Positions 31,111-41,000 of a stretch of DNA of 64,000 nucleotides are shown here, one piece after another. This stretch comes from Gemmatimonadales bacterium (GTDB taxonomy: Bacteria > Gemmatimonadota > Gemmatimonadetes > Gemmatimonadales > GWC2-71-9), in contig JBBDYB010000011.1 of NCBI GenBank assembly GCA_040901965.1, forward strand, positions 64,246-128,245. The letters run 5' to 3'. Under the pieces are notes generated by a model. It had not been told where the DNA came from. It did not search any database and saw nothing but the letters and a program-made list of their open reading frames with translations. The position numbers and the translations under genes were made by a program. Every line of letters starts with the position of its first letter. Position 1 is the first letter of the stretch.

Positions 31111-31731
31111 ATGCCCGCCGATCTTCGAGTGGCCCGCTGTCGCCGACGTTCAATCCGTCTCTGGGAGTATGACTATCGTCGGGACGGCGCGTACTTCCTG
31201 ACCATCTGCACCCACAGTCGCAAGACACTTTTCGGAGTGGTTTGTAACTCACGCGTGCGCCTAACTGCTGCTGGCAACGCCGTGCGCGAGTGCTGGCAGG
31301 CGATCCCTGACCACTTTCCGCGCGTATCGCTCGACCGGTTTCTGATCATGCCCGATCACATTCATGGCATCCTCGTGATTGGTGGTGAATCGAGCGCCGA
31401 GAATGGTCGTGTCCAACCGATTGCCGACGATCAGTCGGGGATTGTAGGGGCACGGCATGCCGTGCCCCTACACGACCCGGCCGCGCGCTCGGCTTGTGTT
31501 CCCACCGTGCGGCCCGCATTCGGACGTCCAATTCCCGGTTCGTTGGCGACGATTATCGGCGCATTTAAATCAGCGGTCACACGGCGGCTCCGGGCCACCG
31601 GCTTGGGCAGCCAGGTCTGGCAACGTAACTATTACGAGCATGTGATTCGCAACGACGACGACCTCCGGGCCATCCGGCGGTACATCGTCACGAATCCGAT
31701 GCGGTGGACAAACCGGCCAACAAACATGTAG
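31111..31731 (+). CDS. IS200-like Y1/HUH transposase of the REP-associated (RAYT) type
   Basis: YFLTICTHSRKTLFG. HUH motif MPDHIHGILV. Catalytic-Tyr helix VWQRNYYEHVIRN...YIVTNPMRW. Flanked by and containing the palindromic repeat. Confidence 0.75.
   Translation: MPADLRVARCRRRSIRLWEYDYRRDGAYFLTICTHSRKTLFGVVCNSRVRLTAAGNAVRECWQAIPDHFPRVSLDRFLIMPDHIHGILVIGGESSAENGRVQPIADDQSGIVGARHAVPLHDPAARSACVPTVRPAFGRPIPGSLATIIGAFKSAVTRRLRATGLGSQVWQRNYYEHVIRNDDDLRAIRRYIVTNPMRWTNRPTNM
31443..31472. repeat. REP-like 30-bp perfect palindrome, copy 2 (inside the RAYT ORF, in frame)
   Basis: Identical 30-mer. Translated as VGARHAVPL (residues 112-120), between the HUH motif (residues 83-85) and the YY motif (residues 174-175). 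Confidence 0.95.
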
Positions 31732-31756
31732 GGGCACGGCATGCCGTGCCCCTACA
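31727..31756. repeat. REP-like 30-bp perfect palindrome, copy 3 (covers the RAYT stop codon; convergent intergenic region)
   Basis: Identical 30-mer. The RAYT TAG (31729-31731) lies within it. It is 43 nt from the stop of the convergent 31799 gene. Confidence 0.95.
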
Positions 31757-31798
31757 ATCCATCCCCATCATCATATCCAACCCAGCGCCTACCCCGCG

Positions 31799-34453
31799 TT
31801 ATGGATTCCACCAGTACGTGGCCTTGACCATGAAGATGTTGTCCGACGGCGCGCCGATCATCCGGTCCATGCCGCGGCTGAACCGGAACGTCCCGTCGGA
31901 GCCGCCATCCGAGCGGCTCTGCGTCCAGACGAAGTACAGGGTGGAGCCGGGCATGTATTCCCACCGCAACACGGCGTTGCCGCGCAATGATTCGAAGCTG
32001 AAGTCGCGCCGGCCGATGTTGACCGTCGGCGACGGCCCCGCGCCGTCCGCATCGGCGCGGTAGAAGCTCACGCTGTCCTCGAACGTGGAGGCGCCGTCGC
32101 CGTACACGTCGAAGTCGAACGTGCGCGCCTGGCGCAGCGTCTTGAACCGCTCGTAGTCGCCCGCCGAGAGCAGCGGCTGCGCGTACACCTGAAGGGACAG
32201 CGTGGGCGAGAACGTCCAGTTGACACGGATGCCGGCCGAGAACTCGGCGTAGTCCAGATTCGCGAAGACGTAGCGCTGGTCGTAGGTCGCGTTGGCCGTG
32301 GTGTCGACGTACGCCGTCACGAACTGCCCCGGCTCCTTGCTCCAGTACCAGTTCGGGCCCGCGCTCACGGAGAGATTCGGCGCCGGCCGAAACTCGACGT
32401 CGAAGCCGGCCCACATGTCGTAATCGCTCGACTTCTGCGAGTAGCGGCCGCCGTACGCGCCGAAGATGATCCGCTGCCGGCCGTCGGAATTGACGTTCAG
32501 GTTGATCTCATGCCCGGGGAGATTGCGCATGAGCGGCCCCCCGCGGGTACGCCGGTCACTCCACGTAGCGGGATTGTACGCCTGGCTGATGTTGAACGAC
32601 CAGTAGTTGAGGAATTGCGCCCACACCGAGTGCCATACGCCGCGGCCGATGACGTCCCGGTCCCAGTTGTAGCTCTGGAACAGCGCGCCGATGACCTCGG
32701 CGTTGCGGAACACCTTTCCCGGCTTGCGCCAGCCGTACCCCGCGCCGGCATGCATGTTGATCAGCCCGGTGCGCGACATGAACCCCATGTCGTTCGTCTC
32801 GTACGCCGGCGAGATGAAGCCGACGGCGGAGTTGGAGAACCAGTTGCCCTTCTGCTTGTTGAGATGGAACCGCGCGGCCCAACCGGTCAGCGCCGTCGCG
32901 CCGCTGTCGATCCCCAGGTTCTTTGCGTCGGGCCGCTGGAAGTAATGCACCGGATGCTGCTGCAGGGCGAGGATGCGCGGCTGGCTGCCGCGCACGTGCG
33001 AGCCCGCGACCCACCCCGTTACCACCCACTCCTTGTCCCGGTCAAGGAACGACCAGCCATCCACGCCCGCCACATATCCGCCGGTCGAGATCTCGTCGCG
33101 CAGCGCGGGGTCGGCGAAGTCGCGTACGGCAAAGGTGACCATCGTTCCGAGCCCCTGCCGGCCTTCGGGGAACTCCCGCTGCATGCGGAACACGCCATGA
33201 TAGGTGGCCGGCTCGACCTCCTGGCGGAACGTCAGGCTGGTGGTCGTATCATGCGCGCGCTCGAACTCGCGCTGCGTGACGGCGGCGAGCGTGCCGAGAT
33301 TCCAGCGGCTGCCCAGCTTCCCCGTCAGTTTCAGCGCGCCCAGAATGTTGGCGCCCTCAGGGCGCTCGGTGAAGGTGGCCCGGGGCGAACTGCCCTGCGG
33401 CGCCCGGCCCATGCGGCGGGTGTGCAGCATGTCGGGACCCGGCCAGTTGAAGCCCCAGTAATTCGACGCCCCGCCAAAGCCGAAGTCGAAGATCGTCGCG
33501 CCTTCGATGAAAAAGGGGCGCTTCTCTCCGAAGAACGTCTCGACGTCGCTCAAATTCACCACGGCCGGGTCCACTTCGACCTGACCGAAATCGGGGTTGA
33601 TCGTGGCGTTCAGCGTGAGGTTGCTGCCCAGCCCGGCCTTGATGTCCACACCGCCGGTCGGCTGGTAGGTAGAACCATCGTTGAACGGGTCGCCCGGCTG
33701 GTGCTGCGTGTACGCGGCCTGCGTGGTGACGTAGGGCATCACTTCCAGCCGGCGCGGCGGCGTCACGCGCTCGATCCCCACCAGATCGGCAAAACGGGAC
33801 ACGAAACCGCTCGCCGTCTTCGGCCGCAGCACGTAGTAATCAACCTCGTTGCGCCGCGCGATGTCGCGGCGGAAGTTGATGCCGAACGTGTAGGTATCGG
33901 CCCGATTGAACCGCAGCTGCGAGTAGGGGATCCGCATCTCGACGACCCACCCCTGCCCGTCGATCCGCGCCCGCCCCTCCCACACACCATCCCACGAATT
34001 GTCGTCCCAGTCGTCGTTGTACAGCACGCCGTCGGAGAGCGCTCCCGCCGCATTCACCCCAAAAAAGAAACCGCTGCGGCGATCGTGGTAGGAGTCCACA
34101 TAGAAGGTGAACTGATCGGAGCTGGTCGCCACGTCGCGCCGCCCCAATCGCGCCACGATCGAATCGGGCGTGCGATCGTACAGACGCGCTCCCACGTACA
34201 GCGCCGCATCGTCGTAGGCGAGGTACACCACGGTACTTTCGCTGGGGACCCCTCCCTCGTTCGGGTCCCGCTGCACGAACTGCGATACCTGCTCCGCTGT
34301 CTGCCAGATGGATTCGTTGAGCGCCGCGTCGATCGTGATGGGGTGGAGCAGGCGAATGGCGCGCACGCGCTGCGCGGTGCCCGGGGAATCGGCTGGAACG
34401 GCGGGCGGCTGAATCCCCGCCAGGGCGAGACACAGGCAAAGCGTCGTCGTCAT
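31799..34453 (-). CDS. Large secreted/outer-membrane-associated protein, CBM9-like N-terminus (DUF5916-like)
   Basis: Signal MTTTLCLCLALAG. ITIDAALNESIWQTAEQVSQFVQRDPNEG resembles the CBM9/DUF5916 N-terminal block. The remainder is long and beta-rich. The family call is from memory only. Start at ATG 34453. Confidence 0.6.
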   Translation of the reverse strand: MTTTLCLCLALAGIQPPAVPADSPGTAQRVRAIRLLHPITIDAALNESIWQTAEQVSQFVQRDPNEGGVPSESTVVYLAYDDAALYVGARLYDRTPDSIVARLGRRDVATSSDQFTFYVDSYHDRRSGFFFGVNAAGALSDGVLYNDDWDDNSWDGVWEGRARIDGQGWVVEMRIPYSQLRFNRADTYTFGINFRRDIARRNEVDYYVLRPKTASGFVSRFADLVGIERVTPPRRLEVMPYVTTQAAYTQHQPGDPFNDGSTYQPTGGVDIKAGLGSNLTLNATINPDFGQVEVDPAVVNLSDVETFFGEKRPFFIEGATIFDFGFGGASNYWGFNWPGPDMLHTRRMGRAPQGSSPRATFTERPEGANILGALKLTGKLGSRWNLGTLAAVTQREFERAHDTTTSLTFRQEVEPATYHGVFRMQREFPEGRQGLGTMVTFAVRDFADPALRDEISTGGYVAGVDGWSFLDRDKEWVVTGWVAGSHVRGSQPRILALQQHPVHYFQRPDAKNLGIDSGATALTGWAARFHLNKQKGNWFSNSAVGFISPAYETNDMGFMSRTGLINMHAGAGYGWRKPGKVFRNAEVIGALFQSYNWDRDVIGRGVWHSVWAQFLNYWSFNISQAYNPATWSDRRTRGGPLMRNLPGHEINLNVNSDGRQRIIFGAYGGRYSQKSSDYDMWAGFDVEFRPAPNLSVSAGPNWYWSKEPGQFVTAYVDTTANATYDQRYVFANLDYAEFSAGIRVNWTFSPTLSLQVYAQPLLSAGDYERFKTLRQARTFDFDVYGDGASTFEDSVSFYRADADGAGPSPTVNIGRRDFSFESLRGNAVLRWEYMPGSTLYFVWTQSRSDGGSDGTFRFSRGMDRMIGAPSDNIFMVKATYWWNP

Positions 34454-34574
34454 AGGTGCGCCCGGCTGATGTGAATGGTGGAACCCCGGTCGCGAACGCT
34501 GACGGCGAGCGCGCGGTGGTATCGACACATATGACAGGGCGGCAAGCTAAAAGGTTGCAAATAGAACGTCAGGA

Positions 34575-35405
34575 CTAGATGGAGGGCTTAAGCCTTTGCA
34601 ATACACCCTTCACCACGACGCCCAGGCCGCGGGCCACCTTTTCCCCCACCGCCAGCACCTCCTGGTGCGAGAGCGCTTCCCCCGTGATGCCGGCCGCGGG
34701 GTTCGTGATGGACGAGAATCCCAGGCAGCGGACGCCGCGCGCCCTCGCCACCAGCACCTCGGGCACCGTGGACATGCCCACCGCGTCGGCGCCGAGCCGC
34801 TCGAGCATCCGAACTTCGGAGGGCGTTTCATACGAGGGGCCCAGCAGCCCGACGTACACGCCTTCCTCGAGGGCGACGCCGGCCTCGCGTGCCGCGACCC
34901 GGGCGAGCGCCTTCAGCTCCGCATCATATGACTCGTGCATGATGGGAAACCGCTGCTCGCCCGGGTGCGGCGGGCCGGTCAGCGGGTTCCGCCACATGAG
35001 ATTGATGTGGTCGGCGATGAGCATCAGGGTTCCGGCTTGAAACGTCCGTCGCACCCCACCCGCGGCATTGGTGACGATCAGGATCTTCACGCCCAGGTCG
35101 GCGAACACGCGCGCGGGGAGCCCCGCGAGTGCTGCGGGATGACCTTCATAGAGATGAAAGCGGCCCGCCTGCACGATGACCGGGACGCCCTCGAGCGTGC
35201 CCGCCACGAGCTCCCCTTTGTGGCCCGCGACGCCGGGCTCGGGGAAGCCGGGGATCGCGCGATACGGGATGTGCAGGGCGTCGGCGACATCGGTCGCGAG
35301 AAAGCCCAGGCCGGAGCCGAGCACGATCGCGACGCGCGGCCGCAACGTCCCCAATCGAAGCGCCACCGCTTCCGTCGCTGCCGGTACGCCTCCCGCCTCC
35401 CGCAT
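34575..35405 (-). CDS. punA: Purine nucleoside phosphorylase (trimeric PNP family)
   Basis: VAIVLGSGLG...IPGFPEPGVAGHKGELVAG...GRFHLYEGH...VTNAAGG...GPSYETPSEVRMLERLGADAVGMSTVPE. Only the last 276 codons of the 577-aa ORF are used (ATG 35405). Confidence 0.85.
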   Translation of the reverse strand: MREAGGVPAATEAVALRLGTLRPRVAIVLGSGLGFLATDVADALHIPYRAIPGFPEPGVAGHKGELVAGTLEGVPVIVQAGRFHLYEGHPAALAGLPARVFADLGVKILIVTNAAGGVRRTFQAGTLMLIADHINLMWRNPLTGPPHPGEQRFPIMHESYDAELKALARVAAREAGVALEEGVYVGLLGPSYETPSEVRMLERLGADAVGMSTVPEVLVARARGVRCLGFSSITNPAAGITGEALSHQEVLAVGEKVARGLGVVVKGVLQRLKPSI

Positions 35406-35416
35406 CCCGCTGCCCG

Positions 35417-36763
35417 CTAAACGAGCATGCCCGCGATGGACGCGCTCATGAATGCCGCCAGATTGCCGGCGATCATGGCGCGCAAGCCGAGGCGGGCGAT
35501 GTCGCTCCGACGGTGCGGCGCGAGCCCGCCGATGCCGCCGATCTGGATGGCGATCGAGGAGAAATTCGCGAAGCCGAGCAGGCAGTACGTCGTCATGAGC
35601 GCAGCCTTGGGACTCAAGACCAAGCCTTCGCCCATCTGCCTGGCAAAGTCGGCGTAGGCGACGAACTCGTTGAGCACCGTCTTCACCCCGATGAACGAGC
35701 CCACCGTGTCGGCGTCCGCAGGAGGCACGCCCATCAGTACGGTAATCGGCGTGAGCACCTTGCCGAGCAGCCATTGCATCGTGATCTCGGGGTGTCCGAA
35801 CAGGCCACCCACCCAGCTGAACCCGAAGTTCAGCAGTGCCACGAGCGCGACGAAGGCCATCAGCATAGCGGCGACGTTGATAGCGAGCTGCACGCCGGTC
35901 GCCGCGCCGGAGGCGGCCGCTTCGATCACGTTGGCCTCCGTTTTCTCGACGACGACGTGGAGCGTGTCGCGCGTTTCGGGGACGCCGGTCTCGGGCAGGA
36001 GCATCTTCGAGAGGATCAGGCCGGCGGGCGCATTCATCACGCTGGCCGTCAGAAGGTGGCCCGCGATATCGGGGAAATAACCTTTCAGCATGCCGACGTA
36101 CGCGGCCATCACACCGCCCGCCACCGTCGCGAAGCCGCCGACCATCACGGTGTTCAGCTCCGAGTTTGTCATCTTGCCGACGAACGGCTTGATGAGCAGC
36201 GGCGCTTCGGTCTGGCCCAGGAAGATGTTGCCCGCGGCCGACAGCGTTTCCGCGCCGGACGTCCGGAGCGTTTTCTGCATCACCCACGCGATTCCCTTCA
36301 CGATCCATTGCATGACGTTCAGGTAGTACAGGACCGTCATGAGAGAGGAAAAGAAGATGATCGTGGGAAGAACGTTGAACGCGAAATAGGCGCCCGTGAG
36401 GGCGACGCCGGTGGCGCCCCCGCCCAAGGGAACCTCATTCTGGACCAGGTTGCCGAAGACGAAGCGGGCTCCCCGCTCCTGGAACGCGAGCAGTCCCGTC
36501 ACGACGTTGTTCGCGAACGTGAACAGCGCGCGCCCGACCGGCGTCTTGAGCACGATGACGCCGAGAACGATTTGCAGGGCTACGCCGGCGCCGACCATCC
36601 GCCAGTTGATCCGCTTGCGGTCGTACGAGATCGCGAACGCGATCGCGAGCATCGTCGCGATGCCGACCAGCCCCATCAGGCGCTCGAGGAACGGCGTGTC
36701 CAACCCACCGCGCGCGGCGGCGAGGCGCTCCGCCGCCGTTTGCAGCAGCCACCATCCCGTCAT
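35417..36763 (-). CDS. nupC: NupC/CNT-family nucleoside transporter
   Basis: Multi-TM protein with ...SYDRKRINWRMVGAGVALQIVLGVIVLKTPVGR... and GAETLSAAGNIFLGQTEAPLLIKP, typical of NupC. ATG 36763 lies 1 nt after the add stop. Confidence 0.8.
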   Translation of the reverse strand: MTGWWLLQTAAERLAAARGGLDTPFLERLMGLVGIATMLAIAFAISYDRKRINWRMVGAGVALQIVLGVIVLKTPVGRALFTFANNVVTGLLAFQERGARFVFGNLVQNEVPLGGGATGVALTGAYFAFNVLPTIIFFSSLMTVLYYLNVMQWIVKGIAWVMQKTLRTSGAETLSAAGNIFLGQTEAPLLIKPFVGKMTNSELNTVMVGGFATVAGGVMAAYVGMLKGYFPDIAGHLLTASVMNAPAGLILSKMLLPETGVPETRDTLHVVVEKTEANVIEAAASGAATGVQLAINVAAMLMAFVALVALLNFGFSWVGGLFGHPEITMQWLLGKVLTPITVLMGVPPADADTVGSFIGVKTVLNEFVAYADFARQMGEGLVLSPKAALMTTYCLLGFANFSSIAIQIGGIGGLAPHRRSDIARLGLRAMIAGNLAAFMSASIAGMLV

Positions 36764-36764
36764 C

Positions 36765-38018
36765 CTAGGGCCCCTCCTCCAGTTCGCGCTGCACGCGGGA
36801 CACGAGCGCCACCTTCTCGAAATCGGGAAGGAACGCACTCTCACAAGCGTTGAGCACCACGCGGGCGAGCTCGTCCGGGGTCAGGCCGAGCGCCGCATGC
36901 GCGAGAAAGTACTCGTCAGTCAGGGTGATGCCGTCGGTCAGGCGACCGTCGGTGTTCAGGGTCACGACGACGCCCTGCTGGAGATAGCGCCGGAATGGAT
37001 GTTCCGCCACTCGCGCCACGGCGTGCGTGTGCACGTTGCTCGTGAGGCACATCTCGAGCGGGATCTTGCGCGCCACGACCTCCTCGAGCAGAGCCGGGTC
37101 TTCGGCGAGCCGGGTGCCGTGGCCGATTCGCTGTGCCCCCAGCTCGTGCAGCGCCTCGTGGATCGAGTGCGGTCCGTCACCTTCGCCCGCATGGCAGGTG
37201 CAGGCCATGCCGTGTGCCGCCGCGTACTCGAACGCGGCCCGGTGCTCCCGGGCTGGGTGGCCCCGCTCCGCACCGGCCAAATCGAACGCGACCACCCCGG
37301 CCGAGTGATACTCGGCGGCGGCGCGCGCAAGATCGAGGGAGTCCGCCGGCGGCAGCGTGCGAATGCCGCAGACGATGAGGCCCACTTTCGTGCCGGTCTC
37401 CGCCGCGGCCCGCCGGATCCCGGCGAGCGGGGCTTCGATCGCCTGCGCGAGCGTCAACGCCGGCCGGTGCAACAGCGGCGAGTAGCGCACCTCGACGTAG
37501 CGGACGTTCTCCGCGGCGACGTCGACGACGAATTCGTACGCCACGCGCTCCAAGGCCGCGGCCGTCTGCAGCACCGAGAGGGTGATCTCGTATTTCTGGA
37601 GATATTCCTCGAGGCTCTTCGCGTCGCGGACCAGCATCGCCTTGGCGAGCGCGTCCGGGGTCTCGGCGGGGAGGCGGATGCCCTGCGCGCGCGCGAGCTC
37701 CAGCATCGTCGCGGGCCGGAGCGCGCCGTCGAGGTGCACGTGCAGCTCGGCCTTGGGCCAGCGGCGCAATGCGTCTTTGGTGAGGCGCGGCCTCCCTTCC
37801 CGCCGGGCGGAGATTACCACTCGGAACACAGCGCCGGCTTCGCCGATCGGGTCGCCCGGGTCGATGGGGCGACCGACGGCATCGGTCACGTAGGCCTCGC
37901 CGCCGTCGAGCAGGCGCGCCAGTCCTGCGTCCGCCCGCGCCACCGCGTCGCGCACGCGGGCCCCCCCCCCTCCGCCGTGCGGCACGTCCACCGGCTTGTC
38001 GTTGACGAAAACCCGCAT
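36765..38018 (-). CDS. add: Adenosine deaminase with an unassigned N-terminal extension of about 80 aa
   Basis: PKAELHVHLDGALRP...CHAGE...SLNTDG-type motifs (VTLNTDGRL). The ATG overlaps the upstream stop (TGATG). The extension carries the C10/G10 tract (37961-37970). Confidence 0.8.
   Translation of the reverse strand: MRVFVNDKPVDVPHGGGGGARVRDAVARADAGLARLLDGGEAYVTDAVGRPIDPGDPIGEAGAVFRVVISARREGRPRLTKDALRRWPKAELHVHLDGALRPATMLELARAQGIRLPAETPDALAKAMLVRDAKSLEEYLQKYEITLSVLQTAAALERVAYEFVVDVAAENVRYVEVRYSPLLHRPALTLAQAIEAPLAGIRRAAAETGTKVGLIVCGIRTLPPADSLDLARAAAEYHSAGVVAFDLAGAERGHPAREHRAAFEYAAAHGMACTCHAGEGDGPHSIHEALHELGAQRIGHGTRLAEDPALLEEVVARKIPLEMCLTSNVHTHAVARVAEHPFRRYLQQGVVVTLNTDGRLTDGITLTDEYFLAHAALGLTPDELARVVLNACESAFLPDFEKVALVSRVQRELEEGP
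37961..37970. repeat. C10 homopolymer tract inside the add N-terminal extension (codes the Gly run on the minus strand)
   Basis: Counted directly: ggg cccccccccc tcc. Confidence 0.9.
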
Positions 38019-41000
38019 CAGCGGTCGGTCCGATGGAAGCGCGCGTCGGCGGGCGCCTCCACCGGAGCGCGCAACACGCTCAGATAGCGGATCAGGGCGT
38101 CGACATCCACGAGATCGAGGTCTTCCACCAGCGCAGCGGCGAACATCGCGAATCCCGAGCCCCCGGTCGCCATGAAATCGCTGACGACGAGGGTGTAGCT
38201 GCGGTTATTGTCGATGTCCTTGCCATTCACGAAGCGCGTGCGGCTGATGCGGTTCCCCGCCGGTTTGCGCGCATCGAACCAGAGTTCGACGCCGGACACG
38301 TGGCAGTCCGGCCGATGATCACCGCCGGCGACGCAGTGCTCGAGCGCCGCGAGCAGCACGGAGCCTTTCACGGTGAGACGTTGCAGCCGGTTCTGGAACG
38401 GCTGCACCTGGTAGACGTCTCCGTAGGTCACGGTGCCAGCGGCCAGATCGGCGCGGATGCCGCCGTTGTTCATGATCGCGACATCGCCCTTGCCGACGTT
38501 TCGCTGCGCATCGGCGATGAGCCGCCCCAGCCCGTACTCGTCACCCTCGCGCTTGAACGGGAACTTGAGGCGCCCCACGGGGCGGCTCGTGATGTTCCGT
38601 ACGACTTGCTGCTGGCGGCCGAGCGCCTCCGTCAGCGCGCGATCGGGCCTCACCTGGTCCGCGTACGGCGTCACGAGCTGGACGCGCACCGCGCGCCGCG
38701 TGCCGCCCACCCGCACGAAATCCACGACCGCGACTGTGCGCCCGCTCGATTGCGCCTCGACGATCGGTATGCCGTTCACCACCGTGTTGACGCGCGCGTG
38801 CGTGTGGCCGGCGACGATCAGATCCACCGACCCCGAGTCGAGCTGGCGCGCCACGTCCATGATTTCGCCGCGGCACGCCGTCGAGTCGCAGATGGCGCCC
38901 TGGTGGGCGACGACGATGACGAAGTCCGCGGCCGCCCGCGCCGCCGGCAGGTACCGTCGGATGGCCTGCGCGCCGTCGCCGAACGCGAGCCCGCGCACGT
39001 TGCGGGGCGCGGTGCTCGTGGGTGTCGTGCGGGTTGTGAGGCCGATGACCGCGATCCGCAGGTTGTTCTTCGTCACGAGCGTCCAGGGCGTCGCCCAGTC
39101 CGGTCGGGTGGTGCCGGCGGCGTCGGTGATGTTGGCCGACACGAATGCGTACCTGGCTTCGGCCATCCGGGTGCGCAGCGTGTCCAGCGACCAGTCGAAC
39201 TCGTGATTGCCGATCGCGGCGGCGTCGAGGCCAATGGCGTTCAAGGCCTCGACCGTGCCGCGCCCGTACGTCGCGTTGGAGAGGGGCGTGCCTTGCATCT
39301 GGTCCCCCGCGTCCAGCCGGACACTCGTGCAGCGGCAGGCGCGGGCCAGGCTGTCGAGCCACGGCTTGAGCGCCGCCACACCACCCACGGGCCGGCCGCC
39401 CGACCAGTCCCAGACGCGGGGCTCGAGCTGGCCGTGGAGATCGGAGATCGCGAGCACCCGCAGCACGGTGCTGTCCGCCGTGCTGACCGGCCGCGCGGCG
39501 GGAGCGAAGGCGGCGCGCGCCGCCGCGCGCGCGGCGTCGGGAATTATCCCCCAGCTCGGCTTCAAGTAGGATGGCGCCTGCAGCGTGCGCACGCGGCGGA
39601 TCTCGTCCGCCAACAGCTCGCGGATGTCCTCGCCGCGGTCGTAGATGACGCGCGCCCCCGCGAGCATGGTGTAGCCTCCGCCCCCGACCTGCCGATAGCT
39701 GTTCACCGCCATCGTGAAACTGTCGCCCGGCTGCACGATCCGGCCTTCATACGCGAGGCCGCGGATGCGCTGGCCGGGCGGCCGGGACAGATCGATGTTG
39801 TACACGACGCCGCTGACGACGTCGAAGTTGTGACCGGGGACGCTGTCGTTGATGATCGGACGGCCCGCCCCGGGTTCGTAGGTCCGGAAGTAGCGCGCCG
39901 AGTGCTCGAGAAACGCGCGCAGCTGCTGCCCCGAGATGCGCACGGAGCGGAGGGTATTCTCGTAGGGGTAGATCCCCGCCACCTCGCGCAGATGCACCTC
40001 GCCTTCGGGGAGCCCCGCCTGCACGTCGAACGCCGCGGCGGCGGAGAGCTGGGCGCCCGCCTTGCGCCGTTGGACTTCATTGATGAAGTCGAGCAGGGGC
40101 GTGTCCTGAACGCGAGTGTAGCGGGCCTCGAAGCCCGGCGCGGCGGCGCCCAGCGGCGTCGCCGCCCACAGACGGGCCGCCTCGTGATGCGCCTCGAGAC
40201 GCCGCGTAAAGCGGGGCAACTCCGCGACCGTGCCGATCGGCATGAGGTCGCCGCGGATCGTCGCAACGCGCCATCTGCCGCTCGTCCCCCCCCCCTGCTC
40301 CCGCGTCAGCCACACATGCACGACTGAAAGGCTCTGGGCCCAGTTCTTCGGCTGCACGAAGTGCACGCCGTTGATCACGCTGTCGCGGATCTCGCGATGC
40401 GTGTGGCCGACGATCACGAGGTCGGGTTTCGGCGTCACGGTGGCGAGGGCGGCCGCGTCGTTCTCGGGGCCGACGCCGGTCGTGTCATAGCTCGATTCGC
40501 CGCCCAGGCCGCTGTGAATGAGCACGATCTTGAGATCGGCGCCCTCTCCCTCGAGCCGGGCCATCGCACCGGTCGCCGCCCCGGCGATGCGGCGCACCCG
40601 GGCGCGGCCCGCGAGCAGCGTTCGGTTCCACAACATGACCCCGGGCGTCGTGAAACCGGTGACGCCGACCTTCACGACGCCGCGCGGCACCAACACCGTC
40701 TGTGGAAACAGCCGCGCGCCCGCTCCGTCCTCGACGTTCGCCGAGACGTAGCGGAACGTGGCCTCAGCCGCGGCGCGGCGCAGGAAGTCCACGCCGAAAT
40801 CGAAGTCGTGGTTCCCGGGCGTGACGACGTCGTACTGGAGGGCGTTGAGCGCGTCGACGATCGGCTGCGGCTGCCGCTTGTCATAGCGCGCGTAGAAGGT
40901 CGCGAACGGATTTCCTTGCAGCAGATCGCCGGCGTCGAGCAGGATGACCTGTCCCGGGTAGCGCGCCCGCAAGGTTTCCAGGATCGTGGCGGCGCGCGAC

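Noticed and set aside
32510-34474. 654-aa plus-strand ORF antisense to the CBM9/DUF5916-like gene. Comparable ORFs: 35513-36853, 36396-38087, 38033-40327, 43515-44600, 46564-47796, 52094-53956, 57674-59173.
   Set aside because: All lie opposite or out of frame to genes with strong family motifs, and all show shadow-ORF composition.
34575-36308. The 577-aa ORF read as a single gene.
   Set aside because: Only the last 276 codons (from ATG 35405) match purine nucleoside phosphorylase. The upstream part overlaps nupC in another frame and is Arg/Asp/Gly-rich.
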